A stretch of 64,000 bases of DNA from an uncultured Eubacteriales bacterium (GTDB lineage: Bacteria; Bacillota; Clostridia; TANB77; CAG-508), in assembly GCA_948443845.1 (NCBI GenBank), contig CAOJUE010000003.1, positions 25,610 to 89,609 of the forward strand, read 5' to 3'. This document shows, piece by piece, positions 21,453-31,737 of this stretch. Both the position numbers and the translations under genes were made by a program. The notes under the pieces were generated by a model that was not told where the DNA came from, did not search any database, and saw only the letters and a list, made by a program, of their open reading frames with translations. Position 1 is the first letter of the stretch, and every line of letters begins with the position of its first letter.

Positions 21453-22395
21453 ATGTTATACCAAATCCTACTCATGCTAATCGGCTTCATCCTACTCATC
21501 AAAGGTGCCGATTTCATCGTCAAAGGTGCCAAAAATATTGCACAAAAATTTCATTTATCCGAAATCTTAATCGGAATTGTCATCGTCGGAATCGGTACCT
21601 CCCTTCCAGAAATCATCGTCACAATTACTTCAACAATGACAGGAAATCCCGACATCATCATCGGAAATTCCATCGGAAGTTGTATTTGCAATTTGCTACT
21701 CGTAATGGGAGTTGCCAGTATCTGCAACCCACTAAAAATAGACGACAATATTTTGCGCGTTCATTTGCCAGTTTCTGCCATTTCCATTCTGCTTTTAGCA
21801 ATATTTTGCAATTTTGGTGCCGGAAACTACGTCATCAGCAAATTCGAAGGAATTGTCCTACTCATTTTTGCAATTCTATATATTATTTATACCGTTCACG
21901 AAGGCAAAGAAGAAGTCCAAGAAACGCGGGGAAAATAACACAAGGCAAACAACTTTTATTTGGATACTGATTTACATCATACTAGGCGTTATCGGCTTGA
22001 AATTTGGTGCAGATTTTGTAGTCAATGGTGCAGTATCCATTGCCGAATATTTTGGCGTCAGCCAAAGTGTTATCAGCATGACGATTGTCTCCGTTGGAAC
22101 TTCGCTTCCAGAAATTGTAACATGCATTATTGCGACAATCAAAAAAGAAAGCGATTTGGCAATCGGAAATGTCATTGGTTCCAATATCTTCAATATATGT
22201 CTATTACCAGCAATTGGCGCCGTCATCACACCAATTCATTATGATTTGAGTTTCAATCGTTCCTTAATATTTTTACTACTAATCACAATTTATTTGCTAG
22301 TCTTTGACTTATTTAGAAATCAAAGAACCATAACCAAACATCATGGTGTTGTATTTGTATTATTATTTTGTTTATATGTCAGTTGTTTATTTTAA
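21453..22395 (+). CDS. Ca2+/Na+ antiporter (YrbG/NCX family), apparently frameshifted in the central loop near 21,900-21,925
   Basis: Two alpha-repeats, each with a GTSLPE motif, are split between frame 0 (21453-21938) and frame 1 (continuing to 22395). The shift lies near cgcggggaaaa in the lysine-rich loop. Confidence 0.7.
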
Positions 22396-23479
22396 AAATC
22401 GGCTTTAAAAAAAGCCGATTTTCTTCATGATAAACATATTTTGTATATCGTCCACCAGCAATTTTCAAGATTTTTTCTTCTTTCAACAGTTGGCTTAGAG
22501 CTCTTTCAATACTTCCTTCACTAATATCTGGACATAAATTCACAATCTCACTTTTCGATATTTTTTCTAAATGATTTTTGATAATTATTTCTGTTCTCTC
22601 CTTTACCGTCAACTTTTTATTTGTTATATATTCTACTCTGTCCGAAAAATCCTTATAAGCCGCCAAAATAATTCCCAAATAATATTCCACAAAAGGTTGA
22701 TAATTATTGAAATTTTCATACCAACCAATCGAACTTTTTCGCAACGTGTCATAATAAGATTCTTTTGTGTTCTCAATAATTTTCTCAATACTAATATATT
22801 TTCCCACCATATAACCACTTTTATAAAGAAGCAACAAAGTCAAAAGTCTACTCATGCGCCCGTTTCCATCATTAAATGGGTGAATTGACAAAAAATCCAA
22901 AATAAAAATAGGAGTCAAAAGTAAAGGGTCAATTTCCTCTTTCAAAATTTCTCGCGTATAAGATAAACAAAGCTGATGAATTGCTTCAGGCGTTTCAAAA
23001 GCCGAAACAGGCTTAAATCTCAGTTTTCGATTTCCTAGTGCATCAATTTCCTCAATCGCATTATCCGAATTTTTAAATCTCCCACCAATTCGTTTTGCAC
23101 TATATTTATACAAATATTTATGCAATTGCAACATCACATTTGGACTTATTTCAATATGATCGTGATTTTCGTGAATCAATTCCAATACATCTCGATAACC
23201 TGCAATTTCTTCTTCATTTTGATTTTTCGGCGTCACTTTTTCCTGGATTAACTCATTAATTCTCTTATCGGTTGTTTCAATCCCCTCTAGTTTATTGGAA
23301 AATTCCGTACTTTGAATTTTTGCAATATCTAGCAAATTTGTCAAAATATCAGGATTTGCTTCAATGTACAAAGTCTGCTTGCCTTTATATTCATGGATTT
23401 TAGAAAGCAAATTCACAATTTCATTTGTGAATAAATTTTCAGTTTCCTTTTTTAAATCATAAATTCTCAATTGCCACAT
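22379..23479 (-). CDS. Fic family protein (AMPylator-type) with N-terminal inhibitory SxxxEG helix and C-terminal winged HTH
   Basis: Canonical Fic motif HPFNDGNGRMSR; inhibitory motif SNKLEG; 366 aa. Confidence 0.8.
   Translation of the reverse strand: MWQLRIYDLKKETENLFTNEIVNLLSKIHEYKGKQTLYIEANPDILTNLLDIAKIQSTEFSNKLEGIETTDKRINELIQEKVTPKNQNEEEIAGYRDVLELIHENHDHIEISPNVMLQLHKYLYKYSAKRIGGRFKNSDNAIEEIDALGNRKLRFKPVSAFETPEAIHQLCLSYTREILKEEIDPLLLTPIFILDFLSIHPFNDGNGRMSRLLTLLLLYKSGYMVGKYISIEKIIENTKESYYDTLRKSSIGWYENFNNYQPFVEYYLGIILAAYKDFSDRVEYITNKKLTVKERTEIIIKNHLEKISKSEIVNLCPDISEGSIERALSQLLKEEKILKIAGGRYTKYVYHEENRLFLKPIFKINN
22395..22425 (+). terminator. terminator hairpin after the antiporter (lies inside the 3' end of the convergent fic gene)
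   Basis: Perfect 12-bp stem aaaatcggcttt/aaagccgatttt with an aaaa loop, then a T-run. Confidence 0.6.
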
Positions 23480-23719
23480 CTCCTCTACAATTACTACATT
23501 ATACTATTAATTGTTGTAATTGTCAAGGAGAGTATGGCAATTAAATTGATTTAATTGATACAACACTATAATAAAAGTTGCAATTAAATCAAAGGTGTAG
23601 TAATTAAAATTAAATATAGTATATGTAATAAATTATTTTATATGAAAAATGCAAAATTCATTGCCCAAAATGGCATATTTTGATATAATCAAAATATCAA
23701 ATAAAGAGAGGAGAAAAAT

Positions 23720-24202
23720 ATGGAAGAAAATTGTGCCAATCAAAGAATCCAAGCCCAAACAAAAGAAATTTTACAAAAATACCGAAAAGAAAAAGACTTA
23801 CTCATCACCATTCTAAATGATGTTCAAGAAAAATTTGGGTTCATTCCCAAACAAGCCCAAATGGTTATTTCAGAATATTTGTCTATTCCGATGGCAGAAA
23901 TCTATGGAGTCATCACTTTTTATTCTCGTTTCACACTAGCCCCAAAAGGAAAATACAATGTATCCATTTGTTTAGGAACCGCTTGCTATGTAAAAGGTTC
24001 TCAAAAATTACTAGACAGAGCCAAAGAAAGGCTCAAAATTGAACCCGGAGAAGTTACCCCAGACGGAAAATTTTCCATTGACGACGTAAGATGTGTCGGA
24101 GCCTGTGGTCTAGCACCTGTATTTATGGTAAACGACGAAGTCTACGGCAACGCAACCGTAAAACAACTAGACGAAGTCATCGACAAATACATGAACTTGT
24201 AG
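23720..24202 (+). CDS. [FeFe]-hydrogenase NuoE-like 2Fe-2S subunit (HydC/HndA type)
   Basis: Thioredoxin-like 2Fe-2S cysteines CLGTAC...CVGACGLAPV; first gene of a NuoE-NuoF-HydA cluster. Confidence 0.8.
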   Translation: MEENCANQRIQAQTKEILQKYRKEKDLLITILNDVQEKFGFIPKQAQMVISEYLSIPMAEIYGVITFYSRFTLAPKGKYNVSICLGTACYVKGSQKLLDRAKERLKIEPGEVTPDGKFSIDDVRCVGACGLAPVFMVNDEVYGNATVKQLDEVIDKYMNL

Positions 24203-24345
24203 GGGGCGATGCCCACATCCGCCCAATAAACCAAATGCCACATCATTAATTGACCACAATTAAAATTGCACAAAGTAGGGGCACGGGGCACCGTGCTCAC
24301 CCAATCGAAATCCCAATGACCCAAAATATAAAAAGGAGGAAATCC

Positions 24346-26203
24346 ATGAAAACAATCCAAGAAATAGAAAAAATAAGAAACGAAAAAAGAACCGAATTAG
24401 ATTTAAGAATCAACACACAAGCAAACACAAGAGAAAAACATATTCTAGTATGTCGAGGAACTGGTTGTACTTCTTCAAAATCTCCTAAAATTATCGAAAC
24501 TTTTCGAAAAATTATAGAAGAAAAAAATTTACAAAATGTGCGCGTTATACAAACAGGCTGTTTTGGACTTTGTGCCAAAGGTCCCATTGTCATCATTCGC
24601 CCAGAAGAAACCTTTTATGCTCATGTCAAACCAGAAGACTGCGAAGAAATTATTCAGTCGCATATTTGTGAAGGAAAAAAAGTAGAACGATTGCTTTGCA
24701 AAAACATAGACGGAAAATTAGTCCATCAACTAAACAAACTCGATTTCTATAAAAAACAAAAAAGAATTGCTCTTAAAAATTGTGGTCTCATCGATCCCGA
24801 AAATATCGACGAATACATAGCATTTGATGGCTACAAAGCTATTCAACAAGTGTTGACTGAAATGAAACCAAATGATGTCATTGATATGATTACAAAATCT
24901 GGTCTAAGAGGACGTGGCGGTGCTGGTTTCCCAACTGGAAAAAAGTGGAGTTTTGCCCAAAAAGAACAAGAAGACCAAAAATACATTGTCTGCAACGCAG
25001 ATGAAGGCGATCCCGGAGCATTTATGGACAGAAGTATTCTAGAAGGCGACCCACATTGTGTCTTGGAAGCAATGGCAATTGCAGGATTTGCAATAGGAGC
25101 AAATCAAGGGTACATCTATGTCAGAGCCGAATATCCAATTGCTGTACAACGCTTGAAAATCGCCATTAACCAAGCAAGAGAATATGGACTTTTGGGTGAT
25201 AACATTCTTGGAACAGGTTTCCAATTCGATATTGACATTCGATTGGGTGCTGGTGCATTTGTTTGTGGAGAAGAGACGGCACTTCTGGAATCGATTGAAG
25301 GAAGAAGAGGTCAGCCAAGAGTAAAACCACCGTATCCTGCCAGTCAAGGCTTATTTGGAAAACCAACGGTTATCAACAATGTAGAAACACTTGCCAATAT
25401 TACTAAAATTATTTTAAATGGTGCAGATTGGTATGCCAGCATCGGAACAGAAAATTCCAAAGGCACAAAAGTATTTGCTTTGGGTGGAAATGTCAACAAT
25501 GTAGGATTGGTAGAAGTTCCAATGGGAACGACTTTGCGAGAAATTGTATACGACATTGGTGGTGGAATTCCAAACGGCAGAAATTTCAAGGCGGCTCAAA
25601 CAGGTGGTCCTTCTGGTGGTTGTATTCCAGCGGAACATTTAGACACACCAATTGATTATGAATCACTTGCCCAAATTGGCTCTATGATGGGCTCTGGTGG
25701 ATTAATTGTTATGGACGATACCAAATGTATGGTAAATTTGGCAAAATTTTATTTAGAATTTACTGTCGCAGAAAGTTGCCGGAAAATGTACGCCATGCAG
25801 AATTGGAACCAAAAGAATGCTAGAAATTTTAGAAAAATTGTGTAATGGAGAAGCTTCTGAATATGACATTTATCGCTTGGAAAAATTAGCAGTCAATATC
25901 AAAAAAGCAAGTGTTTGCGGATTGGGGCAAAGTGCGCCAAACCCAGTGCTTAGTACATTAAGGTATTTTCGCGAAGAATTCAAAGAACACGCCATCGAGA
26001 AGAAATGTCGAACCAATGAATGCAAGAAAATTGCCAAAATCGAAATCGACCCAGAAAAATGCAAGGCTTGCGGTTTATGCCAAAGAAATTGCCCAGTAGA
26101 AGCAATTGAAGGCGGAGCAAGGGAAAAAAGAGTGATAAACCAAGAAAAATGCATTAAATGCGGAACTTGTATCGCAAGTTGCCCATTTCAGGCGATTAAG
26201 TAA
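24346..26203 (+). CDS. [FeFe]-hydrogenase NuoF-like NADH-binding/FMN subunit (HydB type), interrupted by a +1 frameshift (extra C) at about 25,779
   Basis: RBS aaggagg then ATG at 24346; FMN/NADH motif GRGGAGFPTGKKW. Frame 0 ends ...FTVAESC-RKMYAM*; removing one base restores ESCGKCTPCRIGTKRMLEILEKL, which continues into ORF 25817-26203 with its 2x[4Fe-4S] domain. Confidence 0.8.
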
Positions 26204-26263
26204 GAGGTTGAGGCTTTGCCGATTACAGATTGCATACCTTATAAAAGAAAGGAAAATGAATTA

Positions 26264-28018
26264 TGGAAGAAGAATTCGTAACACTAACAATTGATGGAAT
26301 CGAAGTAAAAACCAAAAAAGGAAACACCATATTACAAGCGGCGCGGGGAAGTAGGAATTGATATACCAACCTTATGTTTTTTAAAAGAAATCAACGAAGT
26401 AGGCGATTGTAGAATGTGTATTGTGGAAGTCGAAGGTAGAAAAGGATTTGCTACATCTTGTATCCAGAAAGCAGAAGAAGGAATGGTAGTACATACACAT
26501 ACACCAGAAGTGTTAGAAGCAAGACATATTATTCTTGATTTGATTTTATCCAATCATAAAATCGAATGTTTAACGTGTACGCGCTCAGGAAACTGCGAAT
26601 TGCAAAAATTAGCGGAAAAATTTAATATACAAAAAATTGAATATCCAGGCGAAATGACCAAACACGAAGTTGATGATAAATCCCCATCCATTGTAAGAGA
26701 TTTCAACAAATGTATTTTATGCAGAAGATGCATTGCAACTTGTAAAAACGTGCAAGAAATCGGAGCAATTGATTGTATCGAACGTGGCTTCGAATCCTGC
26801 ATTTCTACAACTTATGACAACAGTTTAAATGATGTAGATTGCACTTTTTGCGGACAATGTATTGAATCTTGCCCAACAGGCGCTTTGCACGAAAAAGAAA
26901 ATATTGACGAAGTTTGGACGAAATTAAAAGACCCAGATACATATGTTGTTGTGCAAACAGCGCCAGCAGTAAGAGTGGCTTTAGGCGAAGAATTTGGCAT
27001 GCTGATTGGAACCAATGTAAAAGGTAAAATGGTAACTGCCCTAAAAAGAATGGGATTTAACAAAATTTTTGACACCAATACTGGCGCCGATTTGACCATT
27101 ATGGAAGAAGCAAACGAATTTATCGAAAGAATCCAAAACGGTGGTGTTTTGCCAATGATTACGTCATGTAGTCCAGGTTGGGTTCGTTTTGCTGAAAAAA
27201 ATTATGGAGAACTTTTGAGTCATTTGTCAAGTTGCAAATCGCCACATCAAATGTTTGGCGCGCTTATTAAATCGTATTTTGCTGAAAAATATGGAATTGA
27301 CAAAAACAAAATTTGTACCGTATCAATTATGCCATGTATTGCGAAGAAATATGAATGTAGCCGAGAGGAAATGGAAGTGGATGGTCTGCGCGATGTTGAT
27401 TATGTGCTTACCACAAGGGAACTTGCCAGAATGATTAAACAAGCCAATCTTGATTTCACGGAATTAGAAGATAGTAACTTTGACGAACCAATGGGAGAAG
27501 CCAGTGGAGCAGGAGCAATATTTGGCACAACTGGGGGCGTAATGGAAGCTGCGATTCGAACAGCGATTGACACATTGGAAGGAAAAAATGTGGAGCAATT
27601 CGAGTACAAGGAAGTCAGAGGCGAAAAAGGAATCAAAGAGACTACTTTACAAATTGCGGGAATTGATGTAAAGATTGCTGTTGTGAGTGGCTTGGCAAAT
27701 GCGAGAAAAATCATGGAGCAAATCAAAGCAGGAAATTTGCCATATCATTTTGTGGAAATCATGGCGTGTCCTGGAGGATGTGTCATGGGTGGCGGTCAAC
27801 CGATTAAAAGTTCGAAAGTAAGGGCTACCGTTGATGTCAGAAAATTAAGGGCAGATGCTTTGTATTCCATTGATGAAAAAAGTGTGATTCGAAAATCGCA
27901 TGAAAATCCAGTTATGAAGCAGTTATATGAAGAATTTTTGGAGAAACAAGGAAGTCATGTGGCGCATAAGTATTTGCATACGGAGTATAGGGCGAAGGAA
28001 AAATATGAGATAGAGTAG
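26264..28018 (+). CDS. hydA: [FeFe]-hydrogenase catalytic subunit HydA with N-terminal 2Fe-2S/4Fe-4S domains, interrupted by a +1 frameshift (extra G in a GGGG run) at about 26,345-26,348
   Basis: ATG at 26264 gives MEEEFVTLTIDGIEVKTKKGNTILQAAR then a stop; a 1-nt shift continues EVGIDIPTLCFLKEINEVGDCRMCIVEV... H-cluster cysteines TSCSPGW, MPCxxKK and CPGGC are present. Confidence 0.8.
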
Positions 28019-28072
28019 ATATATATTTTGCCCTAACCTTTTATTATATCATAAATTTTGGGAAAAGTCAAG

Positions 28073-28101
28073 TTGACATAAGAATAAAAATGTGATATAA
28101 T
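28073..28101 (+). promoter_or_regulatory. consensus sigma-A promoter (TTGACA-17-TATAAT)
   Basis: ttgaca at 28073, 17-nt spacer, tataat at 28096. Confidence 0.55.
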
Positions 28102-28112
28102 GAAAAGAGAGG

Positions 28113-28149
28113 ATTTTGTAGTTGTTATGATTTATAACAACTACAAAAT
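28113..28149 (+). promoter_or_regulatory. perfect 16-bp inverted repeat (attttgtagttgttat / ataacaactacaaaat, 5-nt loop) immediately downstream of the promoter; operator or attenuator hairpin
   Basis: Seen directly; followed by a T-rich tract. Confidence 0.5.
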
Positions 28150-28173
28150 TTATATTTTCTAATCAACAAACCA

Positions 28174-28202
28174 TTGACATTTTATGTGAATTATAGTATA
28201 AT
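28174..28202 (+). promoter_or_regulatory. second consensus sigma-A promoter (TTGACA-17-TATAAT) 50 nt upstream of the 28254 gene; near-identical copy at 62164-62192
   Basis: ttgacattttatgtgaattatagtataat versus ttgacattttatgtaaaatatagtataat at 62164. Confidence 0.55.
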
Positions 28203-28253
28203 TTTTCTGTAATAGTAGATTTAGATTTCTAGAAAAAGACAGGAGGACGATTT

Positions 28254-28679
28254 ATGACTACTAAGCAAAAAATTTTGTTTCTGGAGGAAATTAAGAAGGT
28301 TCCCAATCGGGACGTTCTAAAGGTGGCAACATGGGAAGAGATCTTGAGAATTGCTAGAGAGATAGATTTTCAAGCAGTTGAGCAAATCTATTTTAAAGCA
28401 AATGGTCTAAAGTTGAAAAAACGCGATATTTCGGCAGAAGAACTGTTTGAAGCCAATTTCTTTTTCAATTTATCATCAGAATTTGAAGAACAGTTGAAAA
28501 CGATAGGGGAATGGACAGTTCATAATGTGTGGGATTTGAATGATTCAGACACATGCAAAATGTTAGAAGACTATGCGACTCTTATCGTTGGAGAAAAAGC
28601 ATGGATGTATGATGCCTACTTTTTTAATTTGGATGCTGTTTTAAAGTATGCCAAGTCTGATAGACCAGATCTTACATGA
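28254..28679 (+). CDS. hypothetical protein
   Basis: 141-aa ORF with RBS aggagg; no recognisable domain. Confidence 0.5.
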   Translation: MTTKQKILFLEEIKKVPNRDVLKVATWEEILRIAREIDFQAVEQIYFKANGLKLKKRDISAEELFEANFFFNLSSEFEEQLKTIGEWTVHNVWDLNDSDTCKMLEDYATLIVGEKAWMYDAYFFNLDAVLKYAKSDRPDLT

Positions 28680-28780
28680 TTTTATAAAAATATCACAGGA
28701 CCATTTGGAACTGTGATATTTTTATTGACAAAATTCTCCTTAAATATTATAATAAAAAGAAAATAAAAGGAGAACCAAAT

Positions 28781-29680
28781 ATGAATCATGTATTAACTGC
28801 CAAACAATACACAAAAGAAACCCTAGAAGAATTATTCACACTAACTGATGATATAAAAAGCAATCCACAGAAATATGCTAAAACATTAGATGGAAAAATT
28901 GTTGCTGTCATGTTTTATGAACCAAGCACAAGGACCAGACTATCTTTTGAAACAGCAGCATTAAGACTAGGCGGACAAGTCATTTCAACCGAAAATGCTT
29001 CTGCCAATTCTTCTGGAAAAAAAGGCGAAACCCTAGAAGATACGGTAAAAGTTCTACAAGGTTATGCAGATGCCATTGTTATCAGACATTCAAGCGACAC
29101 TTGGCCACAAGATGCCATAAAAGTTGCTCAAGTTCCAATTTTAAATGCAGGTGCAGGAAAAGGCGAGCATCCAACCCAAGCATTATTAGATGTTTACACA
29201 ATTCGAGAACACAGGAAAACGTTAGATGGCGTAAAAGTTGCTATTTTAGGTGATTTGCTAAATGGTAGAACCATTCATTCATTGCTAAGATTAGTGAGTC
29301 TTTACAACAATGTTGAGGTTTATGGCTTAAGCAAAGAATGCTTTGCGCTTCCACAAGAATACATTGATATGTTAAGCGCAAAAGGAATCGAATATAAAAA
29401 ATGCAACAGTTTTGATGATATTCCAAAGGATGTCGATGTTTTGTATCACACAAGAATTCAATCTGAACGATTTGAAGGAGATTTTGGAAAAGAAGAATAT
29501 ATTATTAACAAAGAGGTTTTAAACAAGTTTTCAGAAAACACGATTGTACTTCATCCACTACCAAGAAATGAAGAAATTGCAACGGATATCGACGATGACC
29601 CAAGAGCAATGTATTTTAGACAGGCTCACAATGGATTGTATGTCAGAATGGCGTTATTTGTACAAGCATTAAGCAAATAA
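28781..29680 (+). CDS. pyrB: aspartate carbamoyltransferase catalytic subunit
   Basis: STRTR carbamoyl-phosphate motif, HPLP motif, 299 aa; no adjacent pyrI or other pyr genes. Confidence 0.85.
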   Translation: MNHVLTAKQYTKETLEELFTLTDDIKSNPQKYAKTLDGKIVAVMFYEPSTRTRLSFETAALRLGGQVISTENASANSSGKKGETLEDTVKVLQGYADAIVIRHSSDTWPQDAIKVAQVPILNAGAGKGEHPTQALLDVYTIREHRKTLDGVKVAILGDLLNGRTIHSLLRLVSLYNNVEVYGLSKECFALPQEYIDMLSAKGIEYKKCNSFDDIPKDVDVLYHTRIQSERFEGDFGKEEYIINKEVLNKFSENTIVLHPLPRNEEIATDIDDDPRAMYFRQAHNGLYVRMALFVQALSK

Positions 29681-29684
29681 AAAA

Positions 29685-29719
29685 TATAGGGGCGATTGAT
29701 AGTCGCTCCTATATTTTTA
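29685..29719. terminator. bidirectional rho-independent terminator between pyrB and the convergent gene
   Basis: 13-bp stem tataggggcgatt/agtcgctcctata with flanking A/T runs. Confidence 0.6.
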
Positions 29720-30238
29720 TAATTTCTCAACCTTGTTTCCAAAGAAATTTCCCCAAACCGAATTTGCTTTTGTTCCATCTTGAATCGGATCATCAGGTGT
29801 ATCAATTTTGCAAGTATCATGAATTTCACTTGTTTTGATGATGGATGATGCTACTTTTTCTCTGCTTTGATTTGAGAATCCATTTAATTTGTTGTTGTCC
29901 CAAATTTGAATGCTGTATTGTGAAAGCACAGGTCGCGCCTTGCTTGAAATGGCTGAATTTCCCGGAATCAAAATAATGTTGTGATAATGTGATTTTGTTG
30001 CAAATTCACCCAAGCTATGTACGCTAAAATTTGACACATTACAACCCGGTCTCATGACTTCAAACAAATAATTATCTCCATGAAAATTAGCACTCATCCA
30101 ATAACTTGAAGCATTTTGACGGATTGTAGAAATATTGCTAAAACCTTTGTTTTGCAAAATTGAGGTTATTTTCATTGATGAATTGTTGTATTTTTTGTAA
30201 ATGATATAAATAATAAAAATGATAATGATGATATCCAT
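29717..30238 (-). CDS. hypothetical membrane-anchored (N-terminal TM) extracytoplasmic protein
   Basis: 173-aa ORF with hydrophobic N-terminus MDIIIIIFIIYIIY. Confidence 0.45.
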   Translation of the reverse strand: MDIIIIIFIIYIIYKKYNNSSMKITSILQNKGFSNISTIRQNASSYWMSANFHGDNYLFEVMRPGCNVSNFSVHSLGEFATKSHYHNIILIPGNSAISSKARPVLSQYSIQIWDNNKLNGFSNQSREKVASSIIKTSEIHDTCKIDTPDDPIQDGTKANSVWGNFFGNKVEKL

Positions 30239-30333
30239 ATTTTTTTCTCCTAGATTTGTTTCTTAAATTAATTATAGCATAAAATTTGCATTTTGGCAAG
30301 GAGAAACAAGAAAAATCCAGTTTCAAATTTCTT

Positions 30334-31536
30334 TTATTCTTCTAACAACCAATCCACAACATTTTTCTTCACAATTCCGTTATAATCCGCTTCTAAGTCG
30401 AAATCTAAGGTTAATAAACATTTTGGATAGTGGTCACCCGTTCTTTCCAACGATTTTAATTCTCGTTCTAATACTTTTTCATCTCTCGTAGTAAGAGCCA
30501 CTTGATAATATTTCAAACCGTCTCTATTTTCCGCCACAAAGTCAACTTCCAATTCATCAACTTTTCCAACATAAACTTTATAGCCCCTTCTTAACAATTC
30601 CAGATATACAATATTTTCTAATATATGCCCCATATCACGATCCGCTTTTTTTCCTAGTAAATAACTTCTTAATCCTGTATCAACCGAATAATACTTGTAA
30701 TCTCGTGCTAATAAATTCTTTCCTTTAATATCAAATCGTTCCGCTTTATAAATCAAAAAACATTCTCCAAATGCCGTAATATAATTTTCAACCGTATGAT
30801 TACTTGTTGCAATTCCTTTGCTTGTCAACGTATCACTTATTTTTTTTGTTGAAATAGGACTTCCGACACTGTCATAAATAAATTTAATAACACTTTCTAA
30901 AATGATTTTGTCATTTATCTTATTTCTTGCCATAATATCCTTATAAACCACCGTTGAAAAGATTCCTTCTAAATATTGATCCAAATCATTCGGATTGGTT
31001 TCTAATATGCTCAAATTTCCTGGCATCCCGCCATTTCTCATATACTCCAAAAACATTTTTTCTGTACTTTTCCTTTTTTCTGGAAATGCTGATAAATATT
31101 CTTTAAACGACAATGGCAACATTTTAATTTCAATATATCTCCCTGACAAAAGCGTAGCAAGTTCACCAGACAACAAATAAGCATTTGAACCCGTAATATA
31201 TAAATCAACGTTTTTCTTAATATACAAGCCATCTACTGCTTTTTGAAACTGCGAAACATTTTGCACTTCATCTAAAAAAACATAATATTTTTCATCATTT
31301 CTTATTTTTTGATTGACAAAATCGTACAATTCCTTATAATCCTCAAATTGAAACATTGGGTCTTCCAAATTGATATGAATAATTTTATCTTCTGATACAT
31401 CATTTTCTTTCAAGTAATCAATAAACAAATCAAACAGTGTAGATTTTCCGCATCTTCTTATACCAGTCACAACTTTTATTAAATCTTTATCTTTAAACCT
31501 TTTTAGCATTTCCAGATATTCCATTCTTTTAATCAT
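30334..31536 (-). CDS. AAA+ ATPase of the AAA_14/DUF4143 family
   Basis: Walker A GIRRCGKST, Walker B VFLDEVQ, DUF4143-like C-terminal region; start could be a few codons earlier (31545). Confidence 0.7.
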   Translation of the reverse strand: MIKRMEYLEMLKRFKDKDLIKVVTGIRRCGKSTLFDLFIDYLKENDVSEDKIIHINLEDPMFQFEDYKELYDFVNQKIRNDEKYYVFLDEVQNVSQFQKAVDGLYIKKNVDLYITGSNAYLLSGELATLLSGRYIEIKMLPLSFKEYLSAFPEKRKSTEKMFLEYMRNGGMPGNLSILETNPNDLDQYLEGIFSTVVYKDIMARNKINDKIILESVIKFIYDSVGSPISTKKISDTLTSKGIATSNHTVENYITAFGECFLIYKAERFDIKGKNLLARDYKYYSVDTGLRSYLLGKKADRDMGHILENIVYLELLRRGYKVYVGKVDELEVDFVAENRDGLKYYQVALTTRDEKVLERELKSLERTGDHYPKCLLTLDFDLEADYNGIVKKNVVDWLLEE

Positions 31537-31737
31537 AAAAATCATCCCCTTATTATATTATACCATTTTTATTTATTTTAGTCAAGTTTTGGAAATATTT
31601 TTCCAAAACTATCAAGAATTATGAAGTTATGGAAAAAATGTACAACATATATCATAACCATTTTCTAATATTTTATGAATTCTTATTGAAAAAACTACAA
31701 AAATAATATATAATAACGAAAAAAACGGAGAGAAAAA

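Noticed and set aside
21680-22244. Alternative-frame ORFs 21680-21970, 21960-22244 and 21972-22229 within the antiporter locus
   Set aside because: Arginine/cysteine-rich nonsense translations in off-frames of the GTSLPE-repeat antiporter; the real gene is the frame-0/frame-1 pair.
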